From: Takakia lepidozioides
Taxonomy: Eukaryota; Plantae; Bryophyta
Direction of reading: 5' to 3'
Length of the DNA stretch: 64,000 nucleotides
Assembly (NCBI GenBank): GCA_030704615.1
Contig: CM060734.1
Coordinates: 32,054,001 to 32,118,000 of the forward strand
In this document: positions 1 to 13,430 of the stretch, piece by piece
Layout of the letters: every line of letters begins with the position of its first letter
Numbering within the stretch: the first letter of the stretch is position 1
Program-made: the position numbers and the translations under genes
Notes under the pieces: generated by a model
What the model saw: only the letters and a program-made list of their open reading frames with translations
Database searches by the model: none
What the model was told of the DNA's origin: nothing

Positions 1-1638
1 CTCCTCTTTAACCTTATCTGGAAGACTGAAATGATCCCCTTTCGCTGGCGACAGGGGGTCATTGTCAATCTATACAAGAAGGGTGACAGAGAAGAACCGG
101 GGAACTACCGTGGCATCACGCTCCTCAATGCTGTTGGCAAGACATTCTGCAGAGTTATAAGTACTCGTCTCGAGGTTGATCTGGAGTCTAGAGGTTGTTT
201 CCACGAAGGCCAAGCTGGCTTTTGGCGCAACAGGGGCTGTGTGGATCATATCTTCACTCTAAGCCAGATTATCCAGGGAAGGAAAAAAGAAGGGAAACCC
301 ACTTATGTCTTTTTCCTGGATGTCAAAAAGGCTTATGACACAGTGTGGAGAGATGGCCTATGGTTCCGCCTCTGGTCTTGTGGGATCAAGGGAAAGATGT
401 GGAGAGTTGTCCACAACTTGTATGCTCACACCAAAAGCTGTGTCACTGTTAACGGACAGAAGTCCAACTTCTCTGACATAGACCAAGGTGTAGCTCAAGG
501 ATGTACTCTCTCCCCTCTGCTCTTCAATGTTTTCATCAATCAACTCCTCGAGGATGTGGAAAGTGAGGGATTTGGGTTAAGGGTGGGTGATACCACCATA
601 CCAGCCCTTATGTTTGCGGATGACTTCGCAGGCATAGGGAGACTCCAACCAATCTCCAGGAGTTGATTGATTGCGCGAAGAGATACTTTGATCTTTGGGG
701 GCTAGAGGCTAATGTCAGCAAATGTGCAGTGGTAGCATTCAACGACAGAGGAGAGGGAGGAAGTGATCTTAAGTGGCAGTGGGGTAGCCAAGAGATCCCG
801 GTCCTCCCTTCCTACACTTACCTGGGCGTTGAGTTTTCCTCCAATTGTAATTGGGATGCACATATCCGGAAAGTTGTTCAAACTGGCAAGGGCAAAGCTC
901 TGGGGCTCACTAAATTTTTCCACTGCAGAGGGGTCAACTCTGAGTAGAAGAGATCCTCAAGGACCTGGACCTGGATCCGCAAGTCTTGACCCTGCTGGAT
1001 AAATCTGACTTAGAGGCTGTAGTGTCCTCAGCCATGTCTGTTGCCATGAGATTGTCTGATGAAAATGAAGTTAGGCAGAAAACTTCCCTGAACTTGTTTC
1101 CAGTCTGTGACATGGGGGAGGACATCTTGGATGACCTCAAGGGTCTACCCACACTCGGCACTAGACTGAAATTTAAACTCAGGGCAGGAAGCCTACCTTT
1201 GAACAGCAAACAGAAGCAGAGAGGAAAGGGAGAGTGCAATTGCCCGTTGTGTGGGCAATCTGAAGACAGTATTCACTTTCTGATACACTGTCCGGGGTTC
1301 TCTTACCAAAGAGACGCTCTCTTCAAATCTATTAAGGGAATTGTGCCTGTACCCCTGTTTACCAACTTTGAAAGTCTCGAGGCTGAGCCAAAAGCCCAGG
1401 CCCTCCTGAGGCCTAGTTTTTGGGCAAATCACACACAGCAGATTGATGCTTGTGTGAAGGGATTTCTAGAGGATATCTGGAAAACCCGGATTAATTCTTT
1501 ATATGGAGGTAAGTCTTACTACCAACATCAGCCCCTGACAGAGGTAGGTTCTGTCCCTTTTGTTCCCGCTCAAACTGAGGAGGGGTCAATGGCCACAAGG
1601 CTACGGCAAACAACGTCTTATGAGTACAATCTCTCTCT
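1..1638 (+). mobile_element. Non-LTR retrotransposon (LINE, RTE/RTEX-like family A), 3' part: RT domain, C-terminal CCHC finger and 3' tail; disrupted
   Basis: ORF 31-666 has LINE RT motifs (LYKKGD..PGNYRGITLL, FLDVKKAYDTV, GVAQGCTLSPLLF, FADD). Frameshift near 650 into 663-947 (YTYLGV). ORF 986-1828 has LKFKLRAG and CPLC..EDSIHFLIHC. 3' tail GGCCACAAGGCTACGGCAAACAACGTCTTATGAGTACAA(TC)n at 1591-1638. The 5' end lies outside the window. Confidence 0.9.
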
Positions 1639-1883
1639 GTGGCTATTTTCTGTCCAAACTGGGCGTGGGGTCTATGGTCACTATTATGAGTACATTCACT
1701 CTCTGGCTATCTTTCTCTCCAGTGCATTCTCCAAAACGTTTCCTCCGTATCTCCGGCACCAATGTGAATATTTCCTTCTTTCCCTTCATACTTCAATCCT
1801 GAACTTCATTCAGCACTCAAACTTGTAAAGCATATTATTCACACTGAGTTAAGCAGATCAACAACGGAAATAAGGACAGGACC

Positions 1884-4800
1884 TCATATTCTAGACTTTG
1901 ATTTTCTAGCTTTTCCGAGAACTGAGTTTCCATGTTCTCCATTTGCCTCTGAGTCGTCAGTCTTTGCTGTTCCATCTCCTGCCTCTTTTCTACCAACTGC
2001 CGCATGAGTTCTGCAAGGTCCTTTCCAGTTATATGAAGGTAGTCCATACGAATTGACCTGACAGAAAATTGTAAGAAAACAAAGAAGAAATAAACCACCT
2101 ACGTGGTGGCCACACATTGTGAGCGAAAGAATGCAGAGAGTAAATACAGGTAACTGTCTTTTATGTAGTCATTTTCCTAAGGAGAATACCAGCACGAGTG
2201 GACTCCAACTCATGTTTCAATTTTGCTTGCAAGTCCTCTTTCGAAGCTTCCATGCTTTTCAACTGCACAAAGAAGAAAAGTGGATCACATCCACTCAGCA
2301 AGAGAAAAGAAAAGAAAATGAAATGGAGCTTTATAATGTCCACGGAGAGCTCAAAGAGCTTATGGGAATAGAGAATGAAAGAAACAAGAAAGAGAGAGCC
2401 CCCCCCACAAGCAGCTCAAAAGCAACTATTGCTCCAGGGATTGTCTCATGCATTTCTGATCCTTGTAATGGAAGACCTCCTGGGGAGATTTGGTATCACG
2501 GAATAGACAATTGAGTCTCCCACGGATCTCATAGTAGAAAGGGCAGTGAAAAGTGAAAGAAGAAATGAACAAAGGAATAAGCTTTAAAATCGACAACATA
2601 CAAGAACAATATAGAAGGAACGAACTGGGAATAAAGGATTGGGTGTTGTTTATTATCGTCTGCGGAAGCTCGAATAGCTTAAGGGAGAAGAGGAAGCAAG
2701 AAACAAGAAAGAGATTGTACTCATACGACGTTGTTTGCCGTAGCCTTGTGGCCAAGAAACAAGAAAGAGAGAAGGCCCACAAGCAGCCCAAAATCAACTA
2801 TTGCTCAATCAATGCCTTATGCACATAAGCTGCCAAGCATTTCTGATCCTCATAATGGAAGACCTCCGTGAGAGATTGGGTATCCCAGAATAGACAATGG
2901 AATCTCCCATGGAGCTCATAGTAGAAAGGGCAGTGGAAGAAGAAATGATCTTCACTTTCGCTTTCCCTGTTGTTCCAGCACAAGTGAGGCACAGGCGGTC
3001 CTCACATTGCAGGTTTTCCCACCTACCAATCTCTATCCGCAGACTGTGGGGGCCCATCATGACCAATGCCCTCGAAGAAAGGGACATAGAGCTGCAGACA
3101 GGTAATTGGGCCACAAGATTCTACCATCATGGAGGACCAAGAATGTCTCCCAATAGAACTGCAGTTTTGTTGTCAGAGTGGCTGGTTTCCATGTCTGCCT
3201 GACGTGAAGTTCCGTAAGTTCTTGTCTGATGTATTGCGGTTCAGTTTGAATGCAATTTCCACCACCTCCATATTTTGTGGCAGTAGGGAAGATACAGAGT
3301 CTCCATTGCACTCACAAAAGTTGGACACCTGAGCATACCAAGGTCTTGAAACCAGCAGTTTTGAGCCTGATAGATGTTGTGAGGGCCCAGGCTGTCAGCC
3401 CTTTGGGTGGAAGGGCTTGTAGCCTTTTAAGAAAGATTGTCAGACGGAAGACGGCCTCGGTTTGAAGTGGGACGCATGCACATCGATGTTGTGATGGTGT
3501 CGTACCTCTAGTTTCAAGCATTCCTTGGAGGAAAGACAATTGCAGTGGTTCCAGATTTTCTTCACACCAGGAAACTGGACACCAGGTGCCCGGAACTCAC
3601 AGCCATAAGTGGCGACAGGGGTGACAAGTGACAACCGAATCTAAGAGCCACTCCTGGGTGGGGGGGGTGGTGCAGGTGTATTTGTTTGCATTTAGCGTGA
3701 AGGCATATGGAGGCAACCTTGCCCTTCGTCAATCTGTTGATAGCAGTCGATGCAAACTGAAATTTGGGGATAACCAGACCCAGGTATGGGTACGATTTCA
3801 CCACCTCATTGTCTTGCTGTTTGAAGAGGAATCTCCCATCTGCCTGGCGATTGAAAACCATGATCTTGGTTTTGCTCAGGTTGCCTTGCGGCCCGTAGTC
3901 CTTGGAGAACTCTTCCAGGATGCGAAGGTGTCGTTGAAGGAAGACTGGAGATTGTGCCAGTAAAACAACATCATCAGCGTAGAGTTGTGTTGGTCCTCGC
4001 ACACCCACTCCATTATTCTTCACAATGAATCCTTCCAAAGCATCTATGTTTATTCCAAATAGGAGAGAAGGCATGGATAGAAGGGTTAAATTTGGACACA
4101 ACAGCCACAATTTGCAGAACCCTCACTAAGATGTTGATATACCTGGATCCTGAAGCTTTCCTTGTGATTCTTAAGTTGATACGGAAACAGAGGGGCAGAT
4201 AGAAAGAGATAAAGAGAGATCACCTCCTTTTCCATATCCAAGATTTCAGCATCCCGCTCACCCAGCAATGAAAGATTATACTGTCCAATAGACACCATCC
4301 ACATTGTTTATGGAGAGGAACAGAAATTGTGGAAACGATGTCTTACCTCCCTGTCCAGTTTTGAGTTCTGCAGCTACTGCATCTATTATTTCTACAATGC
4401 AATGAATCTATGAATACATCACCTTAGGCATCTGTTCTTTCTTTCTTTTCTGCCATGGGTAGTTCTTTAGTCACTCATCGCTATTTATCTGGAAGGTCAA
4501 AAGATGAAAAGGCATGACATGGTGGAAACTCTACAGCATTGATCTGGCCAAGTAGCCATTGACTAATGTAGGCACGGAAGTGGTGCTGTGCAGCTCTCTC
4601 TAACATTCTTTGGCGCCATCTGGGAAAAACCTATGTTCGCACCTAAGTTGCGAATCCGAGGCACTCGAACAGCTCAACCATTGATCAATTCTTAACAAAC
4701 CCCTGCAAGGTGGACTTCCTGCTTTCTTAGTCCCTTTCTTGTATATGAATCTACCCCCCGGTTAGGCTTAATTGGGTGTTTACCTTGAAATCTTCTTGGA

Positions 4801-5318
4801 GCTGGTTAATTTGTGCGCCCAAGTCAGCCACGACGTTGTCGTTATTGCGAATCTGGTATCGTCCATTCCGCACATTATACACTCAAGGAAGAACAATCAA
4901 GCATGTTCGTGTGATGAACCTCTGGCTGCTACAATGTGACTAGTGCAATTAGAGGCACGATGTGACACCTGCGTTCAGTTAGAAGTCTACAATGGTCGTG
5001 CTGGACATCATGCATCGTTGTGTAATAAAAATTCAGCCCGTAGCTTAACACTCATCTCCCCATTACTGAATGGCATCGAAACCAATTGAATAATATATGC
5101 TCTATTCAAAATCCTGCATCCAGCACTTAAGGTTCGTATCCTGCCAAGACAATGCCCTAAAATCCCCAGAGCCAATGCTCGCAAGCACATATTGTATACC
5201 CATCGCATACCTGGGAACGGAGTGATTGGATCTGATCATCACAAAGACTGATGATCTCCCTTTCCTTCTTCTCAAGAAGACCCCGGAACTTCCGAAACTC
5301 AGATGCCTCTGCTGCCAT
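1884..5318 (-). CDS. CCDC57: CCDC57-like coiled-coil (centriolar) protein, 5' exons; probably continues leftward
   Basis: GT-AG exons give MAAEASEFRKFRGLLEKKEREIISLCDDQIQSLRSQ | IRNNDNVVADLGAQINQLQEDFK | YNLSLLGERDAEILDMEKE | ... LKSMEASKEDLQAKLKHELESTRA | ...ELMRQLVEKRQEMEQQRLTTQRQMENMETQFSEKLENQSLEYE. LQEDFKYNLSLLGERDAE matches the CCDC57 signature LQEDFxYNLxxLxERDxE as I recall it. Exon boundaries are approximate. Confidence 0.55.
2310..4110 (-). mobile_element. LINE family B (RTEX-like), 5'-truncated and degenerate, inside a CCDC57-like intron
   Basis: ORF 3562-4110 has LYADDVVL, KTKIMVF and YPYLG. The C-terminus reads HSLRIEIGRWENL..EDRLC..EDHFFFHCPFY. 3' UTR CCCATAAGCTC..GGACATTATAAAGCTCCATTTCATTT at 2310-2370. 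The 3' segment is duplicated internally (2426-2555 vs 2798-2945). Confidence 0.85.
2710..2753 (-). mobile_element. Extremely 5'-truncated copy of the LINE family A 3' tail
   Basis: Near-exact reverse complement of 1591-1632. Confidence 0.8.
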
Positions 5319-6340
5319 AGCTTCAGATTTCCCAGACAAAACCCCAATCACAAGTCTAATTTCGCAGAACCGTTCTGACCTGCGCGCAGACAGACCGCCT
5401 GACGACTCTCTGTTTGCGGGGTGGCCAGAATATTCCTCACCCAACACCCTATCAGGTTCGGACCCATGGCTGTAGCCTCAAGCCGAACCAAACCTGCCCA
5501 CCGTAGGCCTGGATAGACAATCTCGATGAATGTCGTCGGCCGCGTTTGTGGATGTTGGATGAAATTAACAGATGTTAGTTAGATCAAACCGCACCGGGTA
5601 AACGTAAATAAGGGGTCGTGGTAACTATGCTTTAAGTCGCACTTGTGAGACACGTGGCGGAAGTCCAGCTTGGCTGGGTGGCAATCGTAGTTACAGGGAG
5701 AGAGTCTGAGGAGATGTCTTCAGCTTTCCAGATCCCGTTCCTCATCTCCCTCGCTCATTGCTTGCACTCTACAATCTTGAAGCTCTGGCGATCAACATGT
5801 GCGATAATGGACTCTGCAAATCTGTCAGCTTAGAGAAGGTGCTTAGGGCACAGAATCAAGGGAACGGTTGTTGAAGGGAAGCCATGGGGGTGGGGTGGAG
5901 CACCCTCAGATCTGTGCACGCCGAGACTTCCTATGAACAAACACCCGGTAAGATGATTGTTCTGATTCTGCACGGGGGAAACGTCTTGTTTCTCTTGGAA
6001 CATTGGATACTATCATCTTTTTCTTATAATCAGCAGGGGTTGTTTAGAGGGAGATTCAGAAGGGATTCAAGCACGAGTCGGTGAGGTCCAACACCCCACT
6101 CCCGTGTTAATTTACTCTGAGATGGAGTTAGTAAAGAGTGTGCTCACGACGACTTCGATATTTGCGCAGTCGGCAATACAACAAAAGCGTTGTTAGTATT
6201 GTATGGAAAATTCGAATGCAAGCGCAACCGCCTTTTCAGAGGCTGGTCATTCTTGGCAGAGGCATTTCGTTACGAAGACCAGATTCATGTCCGCTTACCG
6301 TCACAGGGCGCTTCATCTTAGCCCGGTTTACCTTTCTTTC

Positions 6341-6395
6341 TTTCTATGAGCTTTCCGCGGACGTTATAAATCACCATTTCATTTCATTTCATTTC
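6341..6395 (+). mobile_element. LINE family B 3'-tail fragment
   Basis: CTATGAGCTTTCCGCGGACGTTATAAATCACCATTTCATTTCATTTC, near-identical to the tails at ~13385 and ~14581. Confidence 0.75.
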
Positions 6396-9300
6396 TTTTG
6401 CTATCTCTCATCGAGGGAATGTTGTTGAACATGTTTGCCTCAGTTTAAATCTCCCCCCATCTCTCCCTTCTACTTTCCTCTCCTCAAGTTCAGAAGAAGG
6501 GGGAAACGGAGGACATGGGCAATAGCCGTAGTCGAATTATTTACAATTAGCTGCACGCTCTCTGCCATTTATGATTCGGAATGATATGGCAGGCCAATTA
6601 AGTGTGACTGTAAGATTTTTGTCTGTACCGCTTGCTATTTCGCTTAAGCTCTTATGCTGCATAACCCCACCGCACTTTTCTTATATCTGTCTTCACATTG
6701 TCTGATGAAGTCTACGTTCAAAGACTCGTGCCTCGAATAGGATCTAAATGGGTCTGGAGTCTGGAGGCCCTTATCTGGGAATTTGGCCACAATTTCTCTT
6801 TCTCTGTCTGAGATAGAGGCCAAGATGAGTAAAAATACAGAGGAACTGTGACTCAAAAGTGAAGGGGCTGAAGTGCGTCACAAGTTCTACTCCGAACTTC
6901 TTCACAACCTTTGATGAACTATTGGGACTGAAGGATTACCAAAAGCATCTTCCACACGAGGCACAACGCTCGAGCTCAAATTTTGCCTGCATCTATAATG
7001 TAGGTTAGTGATACTGGGGAACAGAGTACCCATATGCCCGATCTGTGGCATGAGATAAATATTTTCCTCTGCATTGTAAATGACAGTATCATGAACGAGA
7101 AGCCATCTTCGAAAGAATCAAAGAGGATCTCGAGACAATTCGGGCTGCACTTGGGCCTGAAGTCTAGGCTCAATACTGGCATCAAATTGATTCTATTTTT
7201 AAGAGTTTCTTGAGAAAACCTTGAAAGTCCTCTGCTCTCATCCCTTTCTGCCGTTTTCTGAGCTACAAGCAAAGATGAATGTGTATAATCCGCCAGAAGA
7301 CTATGGGAAACAAAATCTGATGAGGCACTCCTTCCGCAGCGATTTAGACCTTAGCGGGGTCAAAGGCTATGGCAAGCCAACGTTCGCAAGGGAGTACATT
7401 CTCTATTTCTCTTAGCACATAAACTTGAACAGATGTTGTGGTGTGCATGCTAGCAGAAGCAAGCGATTCACCTCAAACGATGCAACGGAGTCAGGCCACA
7501 ACGGAGGCCTCCAGCAGTATGCCAGGCTTGGGGGTTCTCGATAGCTCGACTGCTGGTGGAAAAGTCAGCAGCATTCTTGACTTACGAGGCAATGACAGCT
7601 GGACTCTGGCTGAAAAAGAGGTACGCTTGGGAGCTGACAAACCTATCATTTGTGAAACCCACTTGTCCACCATGGCTTCTAATTTCATTGGGGGCTGCAG
7701 CTCTTGACCCGGTTTTGTTCACCTGTTGAGCCCTTAATTGTTTTACTTAGTTTTTGGTTCCATTCTAACTGCTTCATTCTGTTTTTGTCTCACTCAGTTA
7801 TCAAGTTTCCAATCCCAGCAGCTCGAAGCTTTTGAGTCAGTGCAGAAACCACAGGAGATTCCCTCCCCTTCCAACTCCACAGCTGGTGCAAAAGAGGTAA
7901 TTTTGAAATGACAATACTTATCAGTAGGAGGAAATAGAGTTTGATGTGACTATCATTACTACAGCCTTGCTCCTGGTTAGGATGGAGTAGAAATGGGTGG
8001 AGGGTTCCAGTAGTGGGGTTTAGTTTTTGGTATGGTTGTGTTAACTTACTTTCATAACATTTTACAGAGGGTCACACCGATGTCCCAAAATCGATAATAG
8101 AGGTGCAGTAACAGCATTTTCAAAGTTTGCAGAAAAGGAGAGGAGTTTCACACACAGAGAGAGAGAAAAAAGCCAAATGTAGTGTACCCTGGACCTTTAC
8201 TTCGCTCAGATTTTTGTGTCAGAATGCAGCTATAGAATTTCTCTCTCCAAGTTTCTTAGTCTCTTTGTTTCTAAGACACACCTCCGGAACTGGGTTTGTT
8301 TTTCCTCTCCCTGTCTCCACACAAGTAAATTAATCTTTACTAATCCAATGCCTTCCTGCCTCTCAGTTATCTGCTGTTGAAGACCACCAACTTAAACCCC
8401 TCAAGTCCATTGAGATAGCTCAAGAGAGCCCCTCACCTTCTACATCTCAGTTATCAGCACTCCAAGCTTTCAACCTCAGAGCCCCCGAGCCAGTGGAGGA
8501 ATCTGAAGACAGTCCCTCCCCCATAGCCTGTCACTCTGAGCCCACCAAATTCATGGAAAAAGCTGACGAGACTCCCATTGAGAAAGCTGCAGAGATTCCC
8601 TCTCCTTCCACAGCGGTGAAGTCGGGGGAAAAGACACACAGTCCGGAGACAAGCTCTGCACAAAAGCTGTTGTTCTTTGAGCTAGACCGCAAGCGTAAGG
8701 CTCCGGCAGGCTTGCCCAGTCTTGCTGTTGAGTGTGTGGATGCCTCTCAGAAAAGATCGAAAGCAAAGACATCCCTTGAAAGACCCTGGTCTCTCTCTCT
8801 GACTCTCTGTCTGTGCAAGCGTCTTATGAGTACATTCTCTCTCTCTCTGTCTCGTTGTGTGGCTGGTTCTCTATCCATTTCATTTCATTTCTATTCATCT
8901 CTCGTAGTTTTTAATCCTTGAGAAGGAGGGGTGCTCCTAATAACAAGTTGTGCCACACAGAGTGGGTGGGTGGCATATAAGATGACTTTAATTTTCAATC
9001 TGACTTTCTCCCAGCCCACGAAGGTGCACATTCTGACTCCCACTCTTGTTGGTGTTGGAGGAAAAACAGCCTCAGAGGAAGCACTAAGGTAGGAGTGCCA
9101 GATTCGGGAAGGGGAGGTGCCATGGTGGGCATACGTGTGGAGAAGGCAGTGGGAAACCACAGCAATCACAAAGGATGGATCACTTCATATAACTCCTCAT
9201 TGAGGATATACCAGGTATACCTCCTTATCCTGCTTGATTGATGTCAACCAGGAGAGAGGGGAAGAACTCCACAGAGGATGCACAAAGATGCATTCAATAG

Positions 9301-11259
9301 TCCCTGTTCAAGCAGCATTGCGACCTGGATGACCTTAAAGTTGACATGATGCATGCATGTCCTCAAAGACTTCAATTGTCTTGAATAATTTCTCTAGCAT
9401 CACTGATATACCAACTACAAGTTAATCTTATGTGGAATGGCTATACAGCTCTGACATCTAACTACACATGGCACATACCCGAATATATTCATCCATTGGA
9501 TAAGCTCATCCATCGATGACATGGCATGTAAACTTATGACTACCTCCAGTGACAGGTGAGAACATGAGAGACTTGATGCATAGCAGAGTGACACAATTTA
9601 TGCTGAAACTAACGTCTCAGTTTTGGTTGCTGACTACAGGTTAGATACGATGACGGGAAGGAGGAGGAGTTGGAATGGCTGGATCTAAAGCCATGCCTAG
9701 TTGAGAATGAACAAGTAAAGAAACCTTGTAAAGATCACAAAGGAGCCTCAAAAAGTAAACAGACCCAACGCAACAGACCCAGATGGAAGAAAGTCAATGA
9801 TCTTGTTTACAATACTCGAAAAAGTTACCAAAATAGAGCGAGAAGACGAAAGAAATAATGGTGTGGTTATCACCCCCTCAAAAACAACATCCCTAACTGA
9901 TTTACTAGATGAATACTAGACTCTCCTAGTAACCTTTTTCCTAAGAGCTGGTGCGTGTTCGGTTCTTAAAGAAAGTGGAAAAGTGGTCCCTAATTGCCAT
10001 TTGCTGGCCAATAATAACATTTTTTCTATCACATGACAAGAATTTCAAGCACCCAACCTTTGATGAATCTTCATGACTAATCAGAGTTGGTACAGGGCCT
10101 GCTTTGAGAGCTATAAATAAGGTTTGCAATGGGGGATGCTGGAGCATCTGGTGTGGGGAAAAGTGTCTTATAAGGGCATCAAAAGAGATGGAAGTGGGCA
10201 TGCTTTAGCCAGTTTTGTCGGATGGTGTGAATCAGACCATCCTATACATTTTCAGGCTGATCCTTTTGTGGCATGCGTAAAGAGAGGAGGTGCGCATAAA
10301 AGTCACTTCCAGGATATAGAGATGAGGCTTGTGACAATCACATGGCTTCTTTGCAGGCATCTGCAGGTGGGTTGTCCAGTTGTGAGAAGCTGAGCTGAAA
10401 AACTGCTGGTGGAAGAAAACCGCCTAGCCAAAGCCCTTTTGTACAGGATAGTCTTTTAGCAGCAATAGAATGTAATGACCACATCATCCTCTGGAGGGCT
10501 TGCTTCTCATCACTTTCTAATGCTCTGGACTAATTTGAACAGGAAAACAGTAACCTTCAAATGTGTAAATGCTATTGAAGGAACCTCTAGGGATGCTGTC
10601 AGCACAAAATTGCCAGTTTCCAATTCACTCTGGAAAATCATCTTTCCACATTGTCTTAACTTGATGAGGTCAACATACATTATGCGAAATTTACTTTAAG
10701 CCTCTGCTTAAATAGAGAAAACTCTACAAAAATGCTGTGGCTGGCCGGCACATCAGCTAACCTGGTAAGAGATAACAAAAATGCCAAACCCACTGTTAGG
10801 AAATGAAAACATCAAGGCTAGTATGGTGTGGTAGTTTGTGGTAGTTTGGTCAGTGAGGTATGAATTTCCTTACAAATAACTACTTGCCACCATAAAACAT
10901 AAGCGCGTACAAGCTGGCTGGAAGGCCAGGTAACAAAGCACAAATCAGGTAACTAGTAGCTAAGACGATCCCTCTCTCTTAAATATCCACCCATCTCCCG
11001 CCTCTATTTATCCATGAGCTCTATGGCCTCAAGATCACGTAAAGTTCTTTCTTATGACTCTCTGGGAAAGTCAGTGAAGCAATCAAGAAAAAATTTACCT
11101 CTACCTAAAAATGCCATTTTCGCACTCCATTGAGATGGTAGTATGACACTATCGGCAGCTACCTATGAACGGTGTAGGTTACATTGGCAGTCCTGGAATC
11201 TCATGCCAATACTTTGGTCAACACTCAGATGCTCTATGACTGAAGTGTTTGCCAGTATC

Positions 11260-11968
11260 CATGTGAAGGTTGTGCTTCCCCATGAATGGCTCTGTTAGGA
11301 CTATTACTGCGTGGAACTGTCCTACAAACATATGACACAGCCCCTTTCTGCACGGCCAGGAGGATCAGGAACATCACCACAGATGCGTCACCCTTGCCCA
11401 ATCACTAAAAGGGTGACCTACAGTGAAAACAGCCTCGTGTGCCACATCTATATTCAGTAGCCAGCTGCAGTCCAGTGCTTCAATCCATCTAGTATGATGG
11501 CCAATGTCAGCACCAATAAAACTTGGTCATGTGCAGCTGGCTATGAGAGTTGAGCCTGAGTTTCATACCCTGGTGGCTGAAAACATCATAAGACCAGCAT
11601 TGCCGAAGGATACTACTCCCAGACTCTGCCCTCAAGGGTATATCACAGCCGCTGTAACCGGGCTCAGTCAATGAACACATCCCTCTCTGTCACTGTCTAT
11701 ACAGAAGGTGTGGCTGGTCAATGAAAGCATTAGGGGGAGGGTTAAGAGTCTCAGAACTGGACGATGTGCAAATATATGGAGCCATTTAGGTGCAAAATCA
11801 TGGATATTTTTCCTTCTGTCTACTGTGAAGGACAAGGACCTAAATCATGCCTGCCAAAGCAAGTAGAGATCAGTATCTCCATCAAAGATACTCTCTTTGG
11901 AACACATGAGGATACTCATACCCTCAGGAAAGATGGGATTAAAATGTAGCAGTCTGAGAATCACCTTC
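11260..11968. repeat. ~700-bp direct repeat, copy 1 (paralogue of 15449-16185)
   Basis: Collinear shared blocks, e.g. CATGAATGGCT..GGAACTGTCCTACAA..TCTGCACGGCCAGGAGGATCAGG..GGTGGCTGAAAACATCATAAGACCAGC..CCCTCAGGAAAGATGGGATTAAA. Confidence 0.9.
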
Positions 11969-12186
11969 TATACGAGGGAAAAGTCAGACTAGCTTACCAT
12001 TTCAGGAGACCGAAAACTGCCGAAATCCCTCCTCTGCTGAAGAGCACCGTGGCTGCAACATTTTTCTTCCTCTCTCCAGAAGTTTTATTCGATCCTCCCC
12101 TTCTTCTCCCTCTACATAAATCCATAGATACGAAGCGACAGCAATCAGCCATTGGGTGAAGGGAGGCTCCATCTCTTACACCTTCG

Positions 12187-12492
12187 TCACTTCTTTTTTC
12201 CCTGTTTTCGGCGTATCACTTCTCCATCGTATTGTATCCCTTTCCCAGTATACACCACAGGAGGTTTAATACTTCTGATATGGGAGGCAAAATCCCCCAC
12301 CTTCTGCTTATCAGTGCCCACACAGTATATCAAATTGGGCTTGAGGCAGAAAACCCGCACTGACTTCGGTGCGTGGAGATGGATGTCGTTTGAAAAACCC
12401 AACTTCAGTGACAAGATTGAGCCCTCTGGATTACATGCGGCTTTGAAGCCAACTCCAACAACCTTCAAAAGCCGAAAAAATCGAGCCTCCAT
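12187..12492 (-). CDS. rpl6: Mitochondrial ribosomal protein L6 (short plant-mitochondrial form), intronless nuclear gene
   Basis: 101-aa ORF MEARFFRLLKVVGVGFKA..LKLGFSNDI..VRVFCLKPN..KPPVVYTGKGIQY..KQGKKK, collinear with the ~101-aa plant mitochondrial RPL6. Intact from ATG to TGA. Confidence 0.93.
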   Translation of the reverse strand: MEARFFRLLKVVGVGFKAACNPEGSILSLKLGFSNDIHLHAPKSVRVFCLKPNLIYCVGTDKQKVGDFASHIRSIKPPVVYTGKGIQYDGEVIRRKQGKKK

Positions 12493-13109
12493 AGCGCGCC
12501 TATGTGCGTCCTATGTCTCTCCAAGCCCTGCAATTCCTTGGCTTTGATTGTGATGCTCTACCTCCCTCCCTCTGCAAGACCTGAAATGCGATCAGTGGAC
12601 AATGCGCGTCTCTCACTATTCATACCTCTCTCTACTGTCCACAGACATTCTCTACTCTCACTCACAACAACTGGGTAGAATCTGGGAACCCTAGTCTAAG
12701 ATTCCACCCTTTTTCAAAAGGGTTGGAGCCTGCTCACGGCTACGTTTCTTCTCCATCTTCACATTCAGCTTCCTTGGTTCTCCATTGTAAGAGTCTTCTT
12801 ATTACCAGTGCATTCTTGTCCCGGTCTAATTCCACAGTGATGGTAGAGGCATCTTATGTCAGGAGAGGTAGGGGCAAATTTGGACACAAGCTCAGCGTTT
12901 AGCAGAACAAGCTTAAGAGCTGAAGCCATGTCTTTGCAAATTCTTCATCCTGCTATGGTTTCTACAGTCGAATCAACAGTGACCACGATTATCACTATTA
13001 CTTGCTATCCTGAAACTTGGTTGAAAGACCATTCTGCTCTTAGGTGCATTTTGCGAGGCTCAGATCTTTCTGGAATTTCTGCCAAATTTTAAACCCTTAC
13101 GCTCTTTCT

Positions 13110-13430
13110 CTGTCCAGCTTGCATAGGGCGCAGCCGGGAAATTGAAACTGAAGAACACTTCTTCTTCTACTGCCCTCTATACTACGAGATCCGTGGGAGA
13201 TTCCACTGTTTATTCAGTGGAACCCAATCTCTCACTGAGGTCTTCCACTATGAGGATCAGAAATGCTTGGCAGCTTACCTGCACGAGGCCTTCACCCTTA
13301 GACAATCTCTAGAACATTAGTTCTCATTCTTTGGCTCTGGTTTTGTTTCCTCTCTCATGTTTTCTTCCATTTTGTCCCATAAGCTCTATGAGCTTTCCGC
13401 GGACGTTATAAAGCACCATTTCATTTCTTT
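13110..13430 (+). mobile_element. LINE family B 3' fragment within the SEN2 locus
   Basis: Encodes CPACIGRS..ETEEHFFFYCPLYYEIRGRF..EAFTLRQSLEH* followed by the family B tail; near-identical to 14320-14630. Confidence 0.85.

Noticed and set aside
5700-10700. Possible gene with Ser/Pro/Glu-rich exons (7438-8790) and possible decayed TE (9000-10700)
   Set aside because: Splice-like signals exist, but I could not assemble a consistent frame or recognise a family.
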